Source: an uncultured Acidobacteriota bacterium (GTDB lineage Bacteria; Acidobacteriota; JAQAZP01). Taken from it: a DNA stretch of 64,000 bases. Made by a program: the position numbers and the translations under genes. Positions 10,214 through 22,048 of the stretch are shown piece by piece. A model generated the notes under the pieces. It saw nothing but the letters and a program-made list of their open reading frames with translations, was not told the DNA's origin and did no database searches. The stretch covers positions 64,001 through 128,000 of the forward strand of contig CAWIIB010000008.1 of the NCBI GenBank assembly GCA_963836075.1. The letters are read 5' to 3'. The first letter of the stretch is position 1, and the number at the start of each line of letters is the position of its first letter.

Positions 10214-11233
10214 TCAGCACGCGTTCTCCCGGCATAAGGCCCAGACCGAGAAATTCTCGTCCTTTTTCTGTCCTACACCCACTGCACCCTTGTTCATGTA
10301 CAGCGCCATGCACCAGTCGGCTTCGAACCCGCTGCTTGTCGAGGACCAGTATGCCTCCCGCACACTCTCGAACGGATGTGCCCGCGGCAGCGCCGGCGTG
10401 TGGTTCGATGCATCAACCAGGGATTCGAGCTCGTTGATCGTCGGCAGGAACCAGCCGGACCGGTCGCCACAGCCATCGGCGTTCAGGCGAGCGATCATCT
10501 CGAAGGACTCATCCCAGGTGACGCACCGCCGGGCAATGTCGGCGCAGCGCGTCCAGACGAGGCCCGTCAAATGATCCAGCACCGTGTCGCCCTCTGGCTG
10601 AAACCGGTGATTCGGCCAGGTCGCCCCCGACCGCAACGCTCCGTCCTGCCCCGTCCCGTCGCCGGTCACGCGAGTACCGTCAACGGCGTAACACTCGGCC
10701 TGACCGGTGGCCGGCAGGGCCGCTGCGCCCTGGTCTCGAACCGGCCACACGAGGTGATGCTCGGCTTTCCCGCCATAGAACATCCTCCCCCCCTCCAGGT
10801 GAACGTACCAGGCAAAAGCCGGGTTGACGGCCGCCGATGTGCTCGTCCAGTACCAGCCTAGGAAAACGTCCCTGAAGGGATGAGGATCGGGCAAGGCAGG
10901 GTTTCGTGTCTGGTAACTTATGAGGGATCTGAGCTCCCGGCGGTTCGGTACCCGCCAGTCGCGGTGGCCGGCGAACGCGTCACCGTTCATCTGTTTGACG
11001 GTGGCCATCGCCTCGGGCCAGTCGATGGGAAGGCCTGTGAAATTGGCCTGTTTCGTCCACATCAGCCCGGTCAACCGGTCCTCAACGGTCTCTCCCCGCG
11101 TCACGAATCGCGGCGATGGCCACGGGAGGCCCGGCGAGCATTCGGCATCCTGCCCTGTATGCCGGCAGTCGACCTCTCGGCCGGCGGTGTCGTAGCACCG
11201 GGTCTGTCCCGTGCTCAGGTAAAATCGCGGCAT
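10214..11233 (-). CDS. Tandem DUF1566 (Lcl C-terminal) domain protein
   Basis: Two repeats of TGQ..CY...GQD...PRF....TV.D.LTGL.W...WR.P...EL.SL...YW.ST. Confidence 0.85.
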   Translation of the reverse strand: MPRFYLSTGQTRCYDTAGREVDCRHTGQDAECSPGLPWPSPRFVTRGETVEDRLTGLMWTKQANFTGLPIDWPEAMATVKQMNGDAFAGHRDWRVPNRRELRSLISYQTRNPALPDPHPFRDVFLGWYWTSTSAAVNPAFAWYVHLEGGRMFYGGKAEHHLVWPVRDQGAAALPATGQAECYAVDGTRVTGDGTGQDGALRSGATWPNHRFQPEGDTVLDHLTGLVWTRCADIARRCVTWDESFEMIARLNADGCGDRSGWFLPTINELESLVDASNHTPALPRAHPFESVREAYWSSTSSGFEADWCMALYMNKGAVGVGQKKDENFSVWALCRENAC

Positions 11234-11335
11234 GTCGAAACCATGATTTCAAGTGAATCGGGGGCTGATGCCCTCGATGAGCGGGGGTTGACCGTGTCCG
11301 GCGGCGAGCGCCCTTCCCCGGTCCCGCAATATTGT

Positions 11336-11842
11336 TCACGTCCTGCTTCCCTGCTGGCCGGACACTCCCCCCTGCTGCTCGTCTTCGTCCTTTCGGTGGA
11401 TCGTCAACACCGCGCACTGGGCCAGACGCACCACTTTTTCAGCCACGGACCCGGTAACCAGCCGCTTCCACCCGCTGCGCCCGTGGGTGGAAAGGACAAT
11501 CAAGTCGATCTCATCCTGCTCAGCATGGTTGACGATCTCGTCGGCGGGCTCACCGGTGGCAATGATCCCGGTGGCCTGCGGCGCCTTCGCGGCAAATTGG
11601 GAAATCAGGCGGTCCAGCTCTTCTCTCGAAGTTGTCTCCAGCGTGTCCATGTAGTTTTTGATCTCGACATTCGTCGCGGCCAATGCCTGTACCGCGGCAT
11701 GCGGCGCGGGCATCGGAGGGATGACGTGGACCAGGGTCAACGCCGCGGAAAACTGCTCTGCCAGCTCAACGGCGGCTTTGACGCCCTCGTGAGATGGATC
11801 GCTGAAGTCCGTGGCACACAGTATCCTGGAAACGGGCAGCAT
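11336..11842 (-). CDS. Universal stress protein
   Basis: Motifs ILCATDFS and DLIVLSTHGRSG...GSVAEKVVR. Confidence 0.9.
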   Translation of the reverse strand: MLPVSRILCATDFSDPSHEGVKAAVELAEQFSAALTLVHVIPPMPAPHAAVQALAATNVEIKNYMDTLETTSREELDRLISQFAAKAPQATGIIATGEPADEIVNHAEQDEIDLIVLSTHGRSGWKRLVTGSVAEKVVRLAQCAVLTIHRKDEDEQQGGVSGQQGSRT

Positions 11843-11951
11843 GGTTGTTCTCCTCGTGGTGTGAAACGCCCGCCCGGCTCCGGCAGTGGCATCCCGTCGG
11901 AACCGGTAAGCGAATCAATTTACCGAAAATCCGTGGCGGCCTGGCCGCGGC

Positions 11952-12656
11952 TTACGGGATCGTGAATTCGACGCTGATATCATCAACTTCTTCGAGGAAC
12001 CCCACTTCGAGGCGCAGGCGCTTGCCCTGCTTTACCGATCCGCTGAAATAAAGCAGGTCGATGACTTTGCCCCACTGCGGCACCTGGATCAGGTCGATGG
12101 CGGTTTCCCCCGGCAGAGGGAAAAAGCTGGTGTGAACGCGGCGCGCGGTCTGTTCCAGTTGCCCGTCGAAGTTCGTCAGCTCGAGAGCCTGGCGGTCGTA
12201 TCGCTGCCGGTCATATTCCCTGCGGAACGCTTCGAGAGCGGCCAGCGGGATTTCCGTCCCGTTCGGGCTGTAGAGCTGGATCCGGTCGCGGTTCACCGTC
12301 AGCCCGCGGTGTTCCAGGTTTTCGAGACCCCACAACAGGGGAATGTAACCGGCCGGCTCTTCGCCCTGCTTGACCTGCAGGAGTTGGGTTCCCACGTACA
12401 GCTTGATGCCGTTCTCGCTCTTGCTGGAAAAATATCGGTAATCCTCCTGTGTGCCGGCCTCCTCCGCCTTCACCTTCCCCCCGGCGTGCTCATCGGCCAA
12501 GCCTGGAGCGGTGACCATCATGAAGGCCGGGAACAGGAGCATCAGAAGCGCGCAGACCCCAGCTCGAGCCGAACCGGATACCGCCTGACTGACGCCCCGG
12601 CGGGATCGCGAGTGTTTGTCCGGCCTTTCGGTTTCGCGACGGCTCACGTGACACAT
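11952..12656 (-). CDS. Hypothetical exported protein
   Basis: RBS AAGGAGG before ATG 12656; hydrophobic signal-like segment followed by a soluble domain. Confidence 0.55.
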   Translation of the reverse strand: MCHVSRRETERPDKHSRSRRGVSQAVSGSARAGVCALLMLLFPAFMMVTAPGLADEHAGGKVKAEEAGTQEDYRYFSSKSENGIKLYVGTQLLQVKQGEEPAGYIPLLWGLENLEHRGLTVNRDRIQLYSPNGTEIPLAALEAFRREYDRQRYDRQALELTNFDGQLEQTARRVHTSFFPLPGETAIDLIQVPQWGKVIDLLYFSGSVKQGKRLRLEVGFLEEVDDISVEFTIP

Positions 12657-12888
12657 GGTGTTCCTCCTTCCTCTCGGCCGTGGGCCCGGCACCCCCGCGG
12701 GGCCCGGGGCATACGGCTCAACGTAGCCTGTTCTGCTGTAGAAGATAATGCGTACCGCTGTGTTCGCGTATCGGTGCCGGGCGTATTTCCTCTCGCCCAT
12801 TTTCTTACCCTGTCGTCAGGGAGAGGATGAGGCCCTTCGCGCAAGCTCGGCCCCGCACGGCGCCCGCAGGGGGACGAGCCGGGGGATG

Positions 12889-12903
12889 TCAGGTTTTCCC
12901 CGA
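12889..12903. promoter_or_regulatory. Regulator site TCAGG-TTTTC-CCCGA
   Basis: Matches the recurring motif; lies in a divergent intergenic region. Confidence 0.5.
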
Positions 12904-12938
12904 TATTCCTTCGGGCCGTCATCGCGGTATGCTGAACC

Positions 12939-13073
12939 ATGAGCCCAAATCATCACCATCATGGCGGCCGATACAACCGTTCATTCGCGGTCGGTGTATT
13001 GCTCAACCTCGTCTTTGTCGGAATCGAGTTCGGCTTCCGGAAGGTTCCCAGATCGTTCACGGCTCATCACTGA
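12939..13073 (+). pseudogene. N-terminal stub of a CDF (CzcD-type) metal transporter
   Basis: MSPNHHHHGGRYNRSFAVGVLLNLVFVGIEFGF (His-rich leader plus TM1), then unrelated residues and a stop after 44 aa. Confidence 0.65.
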
Positions 13074-13115
13074 TCGATGCCCGGGACGAATCGCGGAAAG
13101 CAGCCATCGCTACTC

Positions 13116-13130
13116 TCAGGTATTTCCCAG
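13116..13130. promoter_or_regulatory. Regulator site TCAGG-TATTT-CCCAG
   Basis: Matches the recurring motif; about 60 bp upstream of the 13191 gene. Confidence 0.4.
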
Positions 13131-13190
13131 GGCGAACTGGGGGAAGGGCGGATGGACAACCGGTGCCGGCCGCCCCATGATTGAAACACC

Positions 13191-13988
13191 ATGATCAGTT
13201 TTATCGGCATTGCAGCATCGCTGACGGTCCTCAGTCTCTCGCTGGTCATCACGCGCCTGGCCACCGTGGCACTCTCTTTCACCGGTCTTTCCGAGGATGC
13301 GGCGCGCTTTCAAGCCCGGTCCGCCTTCACCGGCACCGGTTTCACCACCCGGGAAGCGGAAACAGTGGTGGACCACCCGGTTCGCCGTCATATCATCATG
13401 ACGTTGATGCTGCTGCGCAGCGCCGGGATCATCACCATACTGCTTTCCCTCATCCTCTCCTTCGCCGGGTCGGATGACACGAGCCGGCTTTATCGGCTGG
13501 CCTGGCTGGCGGGCGGTGCGACCGTCATCTGGATTATTTCCCTGAGCGCTCTCGTCGACCGCTTTTTGAGGCGTATCATGAACTGGGCGGTAAAACGGTG
13601 GACCGACCTCGACGCACGCGACTACATCGAACTGCTCAAGCTGAGCGGCGACTATGTCATTCGCGAGCTGAAGGTCCGGGATAACGACTGGCTGGCGGAC
13701 AAGGAACTGAGCGCCTGTCGTCTCCGCGAAGAAGGCGTTTCCATCGTCGGAATTTATCGTGAAAACGGGAACTATGTCGGTTCCCCGAAAGGCAGCACCA
13801 GAATACGAGCCGGCGACGTCCTGGTGCTCTACGGGCTCTCCGATGGATTGGAGAAACTCGATCAGCGACGATCGGGCGCCGAGGGGGACCGGGATCACGA
13901 GCAGGCCGTGGGGAGCGAGCGCCGCCGCATGGACCGGCAGGATCGCGAGGAAGCGGAGTTGAGTGAAGAGAAAGAGGATCAGGAATGA
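13191..13988 (+). CDS. Putative K+ channel-like membrane protein with C-terminal TrkA-C (RCK_C) domain
   Basis: Pore-loop-like motif FQARSAFTGTGFTTREAE; RCK_C segment GVSIVGIYR...P..STRIRAGDVLVLYG. Confidence 0.8.
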   Translation: MISFIGIAASLTVLSLSLVITRLATVALSFTGLSEDAARFQARSAFTGTGFTTREAETVVDHPVRRHIIMTLMLLRSAGIITILLSLILSFAGSDDTSRLYRLAWLAGGATVIWIISLSALVDRFLRRIMNWAVKRWTDLDARDYIELLKLSGDYVIRELKVRDNDWLADKELSACRLREEGVSIVGIYRENGNYVGSPKGSTRIRAGDVLVLYGLSDGLEKLDQRRSGAEGDRDHEQAVGSERRRMDRQDREEAELSEEKEDQE

Positions 13989-14028
13989 TCTTGTACAACA
14001 TGTGGGGCCTCCCGGGAGGTGCTGACCG

Positions 14029-16210
14029 ATGAACGGCAGGAAAAATGACACAAAGAGCGTTCTCAACCCTGGTGAGAACTGCTGGCGGATCGAGCCGGCT
14101 GGTAGGGCCGCTTTCCTGATCGATGCCGCTGAGTACTTCAAAGCGTTCGCTTCAGCGGTGAGGCGGGCGAAGCGGTCGGTCTACATTGCCGGCTGGGACA
14201 TCCACAGCAGGACGCGCCTGCTGCGGGAGCATCCCGATTCGGGAGCGCCGCCGCAGGGACCGGCGGAGCTCCGCGAGTTTCTCATTGATATTGTCTCCCG
14301 CAATAAAAAACTGCACGTTCACCTTCTGATCTGGGATTTCGCCATGGTCTTTCTGCTCGACCGGGAGATCTTTCCCGTGTTCCAATTCGATTGGAAAACC
14401 AGCAGGCGAATCCACTTGCACCTCGATTCCAATCATCCGGTCGGTGCTTCACACCATCAAAAGATGGTCGTCATCGACGACCGGCTCGCTTTTCTCGGCG
14501 GTCTTGACCTGACGCAGCAACGGTGGGATACGCAGGCGCATCTGCCGGATGATCCGCGCCGTACCGCTCCCTCGGGAACGAGATATGGGCCGTTCCACGA
14601 CGTGCAGGCCGCGGTGGAGGGGCCGGTCGCGGCGGCGCTGGGTGACCTGTTCAGAGAGCGGTGGCGCCGCGCCAGCGGTAAGAAGCTCGATCCGCCGGCC
14701 GTGACGTCCGATCCCTGGCCGGAGGATCTGGCAGCCGACGTGCAGAGCACCGAGTTCGGAATTGCGCGGACAGAAGCGGCATACCGCGACCGGCCGGAAG
14801 TTCGCGAGGTGGAGAAGCTCCACCTGGATGCCATTGCCGCGGCGCACCGCACGATCTACATGGAGAACCAGTATCTGACCTCGACAAGGGTGGCCGAAGC
14901 CCTGGCCAGGCGCCTGGGGGAAGACCAGGGCCCTGAAGTCGTCCTGATTTCCTCAAACGCTGCCGGTGGCTGGCTCGAGCAGGCCACGATGGGGGTGCGA
15001 ATGCTCAAGTTTCTCGACGTGGTCCGGTCGGCCGACAGGCACGACCGGCTCCGTGTGCTCTACCCGGTGACCGGCAAGGGCGGTCGGGAGGAGCCGGTAA
15101 AGGTTCACGCCAAAGTGACGGTGATCGACAATCGGTTGCTGCGCATAGGGTCGGCAAACCTGACCAACCGGTCGATGGGCCTGGATACCGAGTGCGATCT
15201 GGCCATGGAGGCCGGCACGGACGAGGCGGCCGCAGCGATCCGGCGGTTCAGGAACCGGCTGCTGGCCCACCAGCTCGGCCAACCGTCCGAGGCCGTCGGC
15301 GAAGCCCTGGCCGAGGATGGCTCCCTGGTTTCCCTCGTTGAACATTTAGGGCAGAAAACCGGCAGGCTCAAGCCGCTCGAATCCGAGTACGAGTCGATCG
15401 CCGGGCCTGTACCTCCCGGACCATGGACTGCTCGATCCGGAACGTCCGCTGGGGGCCGAACAACTGCTCGATTTCTTCAGCGACAACTCGTCTGAGAAGG
15501 GGAAGGGCAAAATCGGCGCCCTGTTCAAAGTGCTTGCCCTCGTGGTCGCACTGCTCACGCTTGCCGGCCTGTGGCGCTTTACGCCTCTCGGCCAGTGGGC
15601 CGACCCGGCCCACCTCGCCGCCTGGTTCGAACCGCTGCGGCAAAGCCTGCTGGCCCCACCAGCCGTGATCGTAGGGTTTGTGGTCGGCGGGCTGGTCATG
15701 CTGCCGGTGACCGCGCTGATCGCGGCCACGGCACTCGGTTTCGGGCCCTGGTACGGGTTCCTCTACGCGCTGGCCGGCACCCTGGCCAGCGCCGTCGTCA
15801 CCTACGGGGCCGGGAAATGGCTCTGGCGCGACACGTTGAGGCGCCTGGCCGGAGCAAGGCTGAACCGCCTGTCCAGGCAACTGGACCGCCAGGGCGTCCT
15901 GGTCATCGCGGCCGTACGGCTGGTGCCCATTGCTCCGTTCACCGTGGTCAACCTGGTGGCCGGTTCATCGGGAATCCGCTTCCGCAACTTCATCATGGGC
16001 ACGTTGATCGGCATGGCCCCCGGGATGTTCGTGCTCTCGCTTCTCGCCGACCGGGTGGCGCAGGCGGTGCGGGAACCGACCGTGCTCTCGGTGCTGGCGG
16101 CCATCGGCGTCACCTTGCTGCTGGTTGCGATTTCTCTGGCCGCGCGGCGCCTGGCCAGAAAGAAAATCGCTTCCGACGCGAAGCGCGAAAACGCGAAAAA
16201 ACCCTTATGA
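14029..16210 (+). CDS. Phospholipase D (cardiolipin-synthase-like) fused to a VTT/DedA domain; one frameshift near 15415
   Basis: Two HKD motifs (HQKMVVID, HAKVTVID). Shifting frame near 15415 restores the linker DPERPLGAEQ, continuous with the VTT part (RLVPIAPFTVVNLVAG). Confidence 0.85.
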
Positions 16211-16965
16211 CCGAGCCCTCGCTGCCACAGTCAAGGATCCTGGCTGCCTCCTACAACATCCACTCCTGCCGGGGGACCGACGGCCGTTACGACCCGGACC
16301 GTGTGGCCGGGGTGATACGGGAAATCGACCCGGACATCATCGGGCTGCAGGAAGTGGAGAGCGGCTACTGGACCGGCAGCGGCGAGAACCAGCTCGACCT
16401 GCTGGCCCAAGCGACCGGGTTGCACGCCGTTTCAGGCCCGACACTGCAGAGCGCCCGGGGCCACTACGGCAATGCCATACTGACACGCTGGCCGGTGCAG
16501 GACGTTCGCCGAATCGATCTCAGTGTCCCGGGGCGGGAGCCCCGGGGGGCCCTGGACGTATGCGTCCGGATCGATGACCAACCGCTCCGGATGCTGGTGA
16601 CCCACTTCGGGCTGGCGGCTACGGAACGCTTCGCCCAGGCCGGTGCCCTGATCGGGCTGCTGAGGGACGGCCGTGCCGGTATCCGGATAGTGGCCGGTGA
16701 TTTTAACGAGTGGGCGTCACGCCGGAAAACGATCCGCATGCTCGACGAGTGGTTCGGCGATTCGGGTTCAGTGCGAACCTGGCCCTCCAGGTTCCCCCTC
16801 TTTGCGCTGGACCGGATCTGGGTTCACCCCGGAAAATACCTGATCGATCTGCGCCCACACCGCTCGAAACAGGCGCGCCACGCATCGGACCACCTGCCGC
16901 TCACCGCTCGACTGTCCTGGTCCCCTCTCCGCCAGACCAGCGCGGCGCCGGCAAAGTTCGCCTGA
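16207..16965 (+). CDS. Endonuclease/exonuclease/phosphatase family protein (YbhP-like)
   Basis: Motifs SYNIH, GLQEV, GDFNEW, LDRIW and ASDHLP; ATGA overlap with the upstream gene. Confidence 0.9.
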   Translation: MTEPSLPQSRILAASYNIHSCRGTDGRYDPDRVAGVIREIDPDIIGLQEVESGYWTGSGENQLDLLAQATGLHAVSGPTLQSARGHYGNAILTRWPVQDVRRIDLSVPGREPRGALDVCVRIDDQPLRMLVTHFGLAATERFAQAGALIGLLRDGRAGIRIVAGDFNEWASRRKTIRMLDEWFGDSGSVRTWPSRFPLFALDRIWVHPGKYLIDLRPHRSKQARHASDHLPLTARLSWSPLRQTSAAPAKFA

Positions 16966-16992
16966 AGGAGCGGCATGGCGCCGAAGCAATCT

Positions 16993-17376
16993 TCAGCGGT
17001 CGATCGATAGATCCGGGGGCGGGGAACCACTGTTCGGCCCGGGCACTCCGGCGTCCCGCAACTGGTCCAGACGGCTTTCGATCATCGCGATGCGCTCCTC
17101 TGCTTTTTCCAGGCGCAGGGCCAGCCCAGCGACCTCTTTTTTCTGAGGCAGATCCAGGGAATCCAGTGCCTGGCTGAGCGAGTTGCCCAAACCGGCCTGC
17201 ACCTCTTCCCACTGCTGGCTGCCACTGTCCAGCAGGTCACTCACCAGCCGCTTTGCTTCCTCCGCGGTCACTTTGCCTTCCTCCACCAACCGGCTGACGA
17301 CCTCATCGGCCCGGTCCCTGGTGATCACGCCGGCACCCAGGCCGGCCAGAACGGTTGTTCGAACCAGTTCAAGCAT
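16993..17376 (-). CDS. Phasin-family (PhaF/PhaI-like) protein
   Basis: LAGLGAG.IT.D.A..V...LVEEGKVTAEEAK.LV. Confidence 0.75.
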   Translation of the reverse strand: MLELVRTTVLAGLGAGVITRDRADEVVSRLVEEGKVTAEEAKRLVSDLLDSGSQQWEEVQAGLGNSLSQALDSLDLPQKKEVAGLALRLEKAEERIAMIESRLDQLRDAGVPGPNSGSPPPDLSIDR

Positions 17377-17711
17377 GCGAACCTCCTCCCGTCATCCTTG
17401 ATGCATCAAGTCCTTCTGTCCGGATTGCGCAGCGGCGAATCACTCCAAATTCCGCCGCCAGAACCGCCTCCGGCCAGAACTGCGGCCGAGGCCTTGTCGC
17501 TGCCTCGACGCTATTCAGGTTAAGGCTTTTACGGTGTCTCGCCAATCGGACGCACCCTTACATGAGCAGGAGATTTTCCTGAGCCCCAGAATGGCCGGGA
17601 GATGTCCTCCGCCGAAAACGAGAACCCATGAGGGAAACGAGCAGCAGGAACGCGCTGCACGAACCCCGGGTGCGGCCAGCCGGCACCCCTAAGAAAATCG
17701 CCACGGACTTA

Positions 17712-17726
17712 TCAGAATTTCCCCGA
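17712..17726. promoter_or_regulatory. Regulator site TCAGA-ATTTC-CCCGA upstream of copA
   Basis: Matches the recurring motif; a second, weaker copy is at 17568-17582. Confidence 0.45.
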
Positions 17727-17886
17727 TGGTTGCAGCCTCTGGCAGGAGATATGGTACAGACACTACGGAATCTGAGCAGGTCCGGTGCCCGCGGTCGAGT
17801 TTGCGCAACTGCTTTTTCGAACTCGAGCGATACGGCGGTTGTGCCGGGCCCGAAAATTGCGTGAAATCCGACGAGGAGGTCGATGA

Positions 17887-20169
17887 ATGGAGAAGGACCC
17901 AGTCTGCGGCATGGAAGTGGATCCGTCAGGCAGCGTGAAGGCCGAGCGCGACGGTAAAACACACTACTTCTGCTGTTCGGGCTGCCGCGACACCTTCCTT
18001 GGCGAAACCGAAGAGGCGTCCGGCCGGCATAACGCGAAGCGGGCACCGGACAAGGCCTACTTCTGTCCGATGTGTGAGGGGGTGGAAAGCGACCTCCCCG
18101 GCGAATGCCCCAAGTGCGGCATGGCGCTGGAACCGAAGGAGGCCCGGAGGGCGGAGGATGACGGTGAGCTGCGGACGATGACCCGCCGTTTCTGGGCCGC
18201 CCTGGTCCTCACCTTGCCCCTGTTCCTGATCTCCATGGGTGAGATGATCCCGTTCTTCAGCGGGCGCCTGGAGGATCTGGCCGGCCGTGCCGCCTGGCAG
18301 TGGCTGCAGCCGGCGCTCAGCACGCCGGTGGTCCTCTGGGCCGGCTGGCCGCTGCTCGAGCGCGCATGGCGATCGGTGGTAAACCACAGCCTCAACATGT
18401 TCAGCTTGATCGGCCTCGGTGTCGGCGTCGCGTACCTCTACAGCCTGGTGGCCCTGCTCTTCCCGCAGATTTTTCCGGCAGCCTTCCGGCGCGCGGACGG
18501 AGCCGTGGCCGTCTACTTCGAAGCCGCGGCAATGATCACCACCCTGGTCTTGCTGGGGCAGGTGCTGGAACTCGGTGCCCGGCGGCGTACCGGTGATGCG
18601 GTGCGCGGACTGCTCGAACTGGCCCCGGCCAGGGCCCGGGTCGTGCGGAACGGGGATGAGGAGGACGTCGCCCTCGAAGACGTGGTTGCCGGGGATCTGG
18701 TGCGCGTGCGGCCGGGGGAAAACATCCCCGTTGACGGTTTGATTCGAAAGGGCGAGAGTTCCATAGACGAGTCGATGATCACCGGTGAGCCGGTGCCTCG
18801 GGACAAGGGGCCGGGGGACTCGGTCATCGGCGGCACGCTGAACCAGTCGGGCTCCTTCCTGATGGAGGCCGTCACGGTGGGGAGCGATACGGTCCTGGCC
18901 CGGATCGTGGACATGGTCTCCAGCGCGCAGCGCAGCCGCACACCGATTCAGCGGGTCGCCGACCGGGTCGCCGCCTGGTTCGTTCCAGTGGTTATCGGAG
19001 CTGCGGCGATCACCTTTCTGGCGTGGGGTCTCCTCGGCCCTGAGCCGCGGCTGGCCCATGGCCTGGTCAACGCGGTGGCGGTGCTGATCATCGCCTGCCC
19101 CTGCGCGCTGGGCCTCGCCACCCCGATGTCGATCATGGTTGGCGTGGGGCGCGGGGCGCAGGCGGGGGTACTGATCAAGGAAGCCGAGGCGCTGGAGATT
19201 CTGGAACGGGTGGAAACGCTGATCATCGACAAAACCGGGACCCTCACCGAGGGCCGGCCGGCACTGGCCGAGGTCAGCACCCTGGGTGAAATGCCCGAGG
19301 AGGAGTTGCTTCGGCTGGCCGCCGCGATCGAGCGCAACAGCGAGCACCCGCTGGCCCGGGCCGTGGTGCGCGGCGCCGAAGAACGGGGCCTGTCGGTTCC
19401 GGACGCCGAGGGGTTCCGTTCCAGCACCGGCCGGGGCGTTACCGGAACCGTGGATGGCCGCTCCGTTACGGTGGGAAAGCTGTCTTTTCTCCTTGATCAG
19501 GGTATCGAGGATGTCCGCGCCTTCCAGCGGCGTGCTAACGAGTTGCGGGAGGAAGGCCATACGGTGGTCGGCGTATCGGTGGACGGAAACGCTGTGGGGC
19601 TGATCTCACTCGCCGATCCCGTCAGGGAGACCGCTTCCGAGGCCATCCGGACACTGCACCGGCAGGGCCTGAAGATCGTGATGGCCACCGGCGACCATGA
19701 GCGGACCGCCCGCAGCGTGGCGGACCGGCTGGGGCTTGATGCGATTCATGCCGGTGCAACCCCGCAGGACAAACATGATCTGATTATTGAGCTGCAGCGC
19801 AGGGGCATCCGGGTGGCCATGGCCGGCGACGGCGTCAACGATGCCCCCGCCCTGGCGGCCGCCGACGCGGGCATCGCCATGGGAAGCGGAACTGATGTCG
19901 CCATCGAGAACGCCGGCGTCACCCTGCTGCGGGGCGACCTGGGCGGTATCGTCAAGGCCTTTGCGCTCAGCCGCTCGGTGATGCGGAACATCCGGCAAAA
20001 CCTGTTCTTCGCTTTCGCCTACAACATCATTGGCCTGCCCGTGGCCGCCGGGGCTCTCTACCCTGCGTTCGGGCTTCTGCTCAGCCCGGTGATTGCCGCG
20101 GCAGCGATGAGCTTCAGCTCGGTCTCCGTGGTGGGCAACGCGCTGCGGCTGAGGCGCCAGGCCCTGTGA
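17887..20169 (+). CDS. copA: Cu(I)-translocating P1B-type ATPase with YHS and heavy-metal-binding domains
   Basis: Motifs KDPVCGM/YFCC (YHS), CPMC...CPKCGM, TGE, CPC, DKTGT, EHP, GDGVND, YN and MSFSS. Confidence 0.95.
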   Translation: MEKDPVCGMEVDPSGSVKAERDGKTHYFCCSGCRDTFLGETEEASGRHNAKRAPDKAYFCPMCEGVESDLPGECPKCGMALEPKEARRAEDDGELRTMTRRFWAALVLTLPLFLISMGEMIPFFSGRLEDLAGRAAWQWLQPALSTPVVLWAGWPLLERAWRSVVNHSLNMFSLIGLGVGVAYLYSLVALLFPQIFPAAFRRADGAVAVYFEAAAMITTLVLLGQVLELGARRRTGDAVRGLLELAPARARVVRNGDEEDVALEDVVAGDLVRVRPGENIPVDGLIRKGESSIDESMITGEPVPRDKGPGDSVIGGTLNQSGSFLMEAVTVGSDTVLARIVDMVSSAQRSRTPIQRVADRVAAWFVPVVIGAAAITFLAWGLLGPEPRLAHGLVNAVAVLIIACPCALGLATPMSIMVGVGRGAQAGVLIKEAEALEILERVETLIIDKTGTLTEGRPALAEVSTLGEMPEEELLRLAAAIERNSEHPLARAVVRGAEERGLSVPDAEGFRSSTGRGVTGTVDGRSVTVGKLSFLLDQGIEDVRAFQRRANELREEGHTVVGVSVDGNAVGLISLADPVRETASEAIRTLHRQGLKIVMATGDHERTARSVADRLGLDAIHAGATPQDKHDLIIELQRRGIRVAMAGDGVNDAPALAAADAGIAMGSGTDVAIENAGVTLLRGDLGGIVKAFALSRSVMRNIRQNLFFAFAYNIIGLPVAAGALYPAFGLLLSPVIAAAAMSFSSVSVVGNALRLRRQAL

Positions 20170-20303
20170 TCGGCAGGCCTTGACGAGTATGAGCGGCTCG
20201 AGCAGCTGCCCGATAGGACACCCTGTACGGCGTGCCGGTCACGACACCGCGCAAGGTCCTCTGTTCGGTGGCGGGGCAGGGATGGAGATCGGATCTTCGC
20301 GGA

Positions 20304-21924
20304 TCAGGCCGGCGCTTGAACGTGATCGCGGCCGTGCCTTATTCCTCTCAGGGCGGCCAGCGGGTCGAACTCCCCGTTTGCCACCTCCTCCACCGAGGGC
20401 ATCCGCTCGCCGCGCATCAGTTCCTCCATGGCCGCAAGCTGTGCGGCGCGGCGGTTTCCCGCAACCGCCAGGACCTGGTCATCTTTGACATAGTAGGCCA
20501 GGAACTCGTCATCCTCCAGGCTGCCTTCGATGAGGACGCCGTCCCAGTCCGAGGCATGACCCACATACTTGAAGTTCAATCCGGCCTGTTTGGTCCAGAA
20601 AAACGGGATGCCGCGGTATGGCACGCCGTGGCCCAGCATGTTCAGGGCCGCCGTGCGCCCTTGCTGCATTGCTGTTCGCCAGTGTTCGATCCGGACCGGT
20701 TGTCCTGTTCGCCAATCGACATAGCGGGCGATGTCGCCGGCGGCGAATACCCGTTCAGCGGCCTGCAGGTACTGGTCGACACCGATACTGCCGTCCTCGT
20801 TCAGGTCGAAGTTTTGCAGGTATTCCGTGGCCGGTTCCACACCGATGCCGAAGATGACCAGATCGGCCTCCAGCCTTTCGCCGGTGTCCAAAACCAGGTG
20901 ATCGACGTAGTCTTTCCCTTCCAGTCGTTCAACCCGGCGCTCCAGCTGAAAGCGGACACCTTTCTGCTCGTGGCGCTGCTTGAAATAGGTGCCGATCTCT
21001 CTGCCGAAAGCGCGGTGAAACGGCACCGGTTCCGGTGACACCACGGTCACCTCGATGTCCCTTTCACGCAGGCTCGCCGCAGCCTCCAGGGCAATGAAAC
21101 CGCTGCCCACCATCACGACCCGTGGCGCTTTTTCGGCGGCCTCCACGATCTGGTCGGCGGACCTGTAATCGCGCAGGGTCTTCACGTTCCCCAACTCGGC
21201 CCCCGGCACGCCGATGGGGCGCGGCTGGCCGCCAGTGGTCAGCAGCAGTGCGTCGTAACTGATTCGCCCGCCGTCGGCAAACTCGAGGAACTGCTTTGTC
21301 GGATCGACAAGGCGTCACTTCCGTCCCCAGGAGCAGTTCGATATCGTGCTCGCGGTAGAAATCGTGCGAGCGCAAGGGCATCCAGTCCGGGTCCATTTCT
21401 CCGGCCAGGTAGTCCTTGCTCAGGTTTGGGCGGTCATAGGGAAACCTGTTTTCGCGCGACACGACGACCAGGCGACCCGTAAACCCGTATTCGCGCAGGG
21501 TCTGGGCTGCCATGTAGCCGGCGGCGCCGGCGCCGACGATGACAAACACCCGCTGGTCATTCAGCATGTCATGTGTTGCCATCTCCGGCGGCCTTTCGTC
21601 GGCGACTTTTTCAGGCAGTCTGGTGACGACATTGTCTCCGAGGACCCTTGTCTCGAACACATGTATTCCGTCAATGGCCGGCGGTTCCTTCAGCGCTCCG
21701 GAGGCGACATCGAAGACGGCATGGTGCCACGGGCAGACCACACGAGTGCCGTTCAGCGCTCCCTGGGCCAGCGGCGCCCCGTAGTGCGGGCAGTTGGCCA
21801 CGGTGGTGTGGTAATCGTCGCCGCAGCGGACGAGCAGCAACTTCTGACCGTCAACGGTGACTTCCTTCATTTCACCATCAGCCAACTCGTCAGTGCCGGC
21901 GATAATCTTGTCCCTTGACTGCAT
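20304..21924 (-). CDS. Rieske-ferredoxin reductase fusion (AIF3-like); one frameshift near 21312
   Basis: Rieske CPH...CPWH, GAGAAG, PYDRPNLSK, GSGFIALE, FAAGD and PFFWT motifs, split across two frames. Confidence 0.85.
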
Positions 21925-22010
21925 GTTGCTTCCTCCAGTGCTCGCTTGTCGTGTTGTCCTGCCTTCGAGGATGATTCGATCGGCCGCGCGCGGTCTCGAA
22001 AACGGTGCGC

Positions 22011-22037
22011 CCCACCCCCCCCTGCGGGGGGGGTGGG
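22011..22037. terminator. Perfect 12-bp hairpin between csbD and the AIF-like gene
   Basis: cccacccccccc-tgc-ggggggggtggg. Confidence 0.5.
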
Positions 22038-22048
22038 AATCCATGCGA

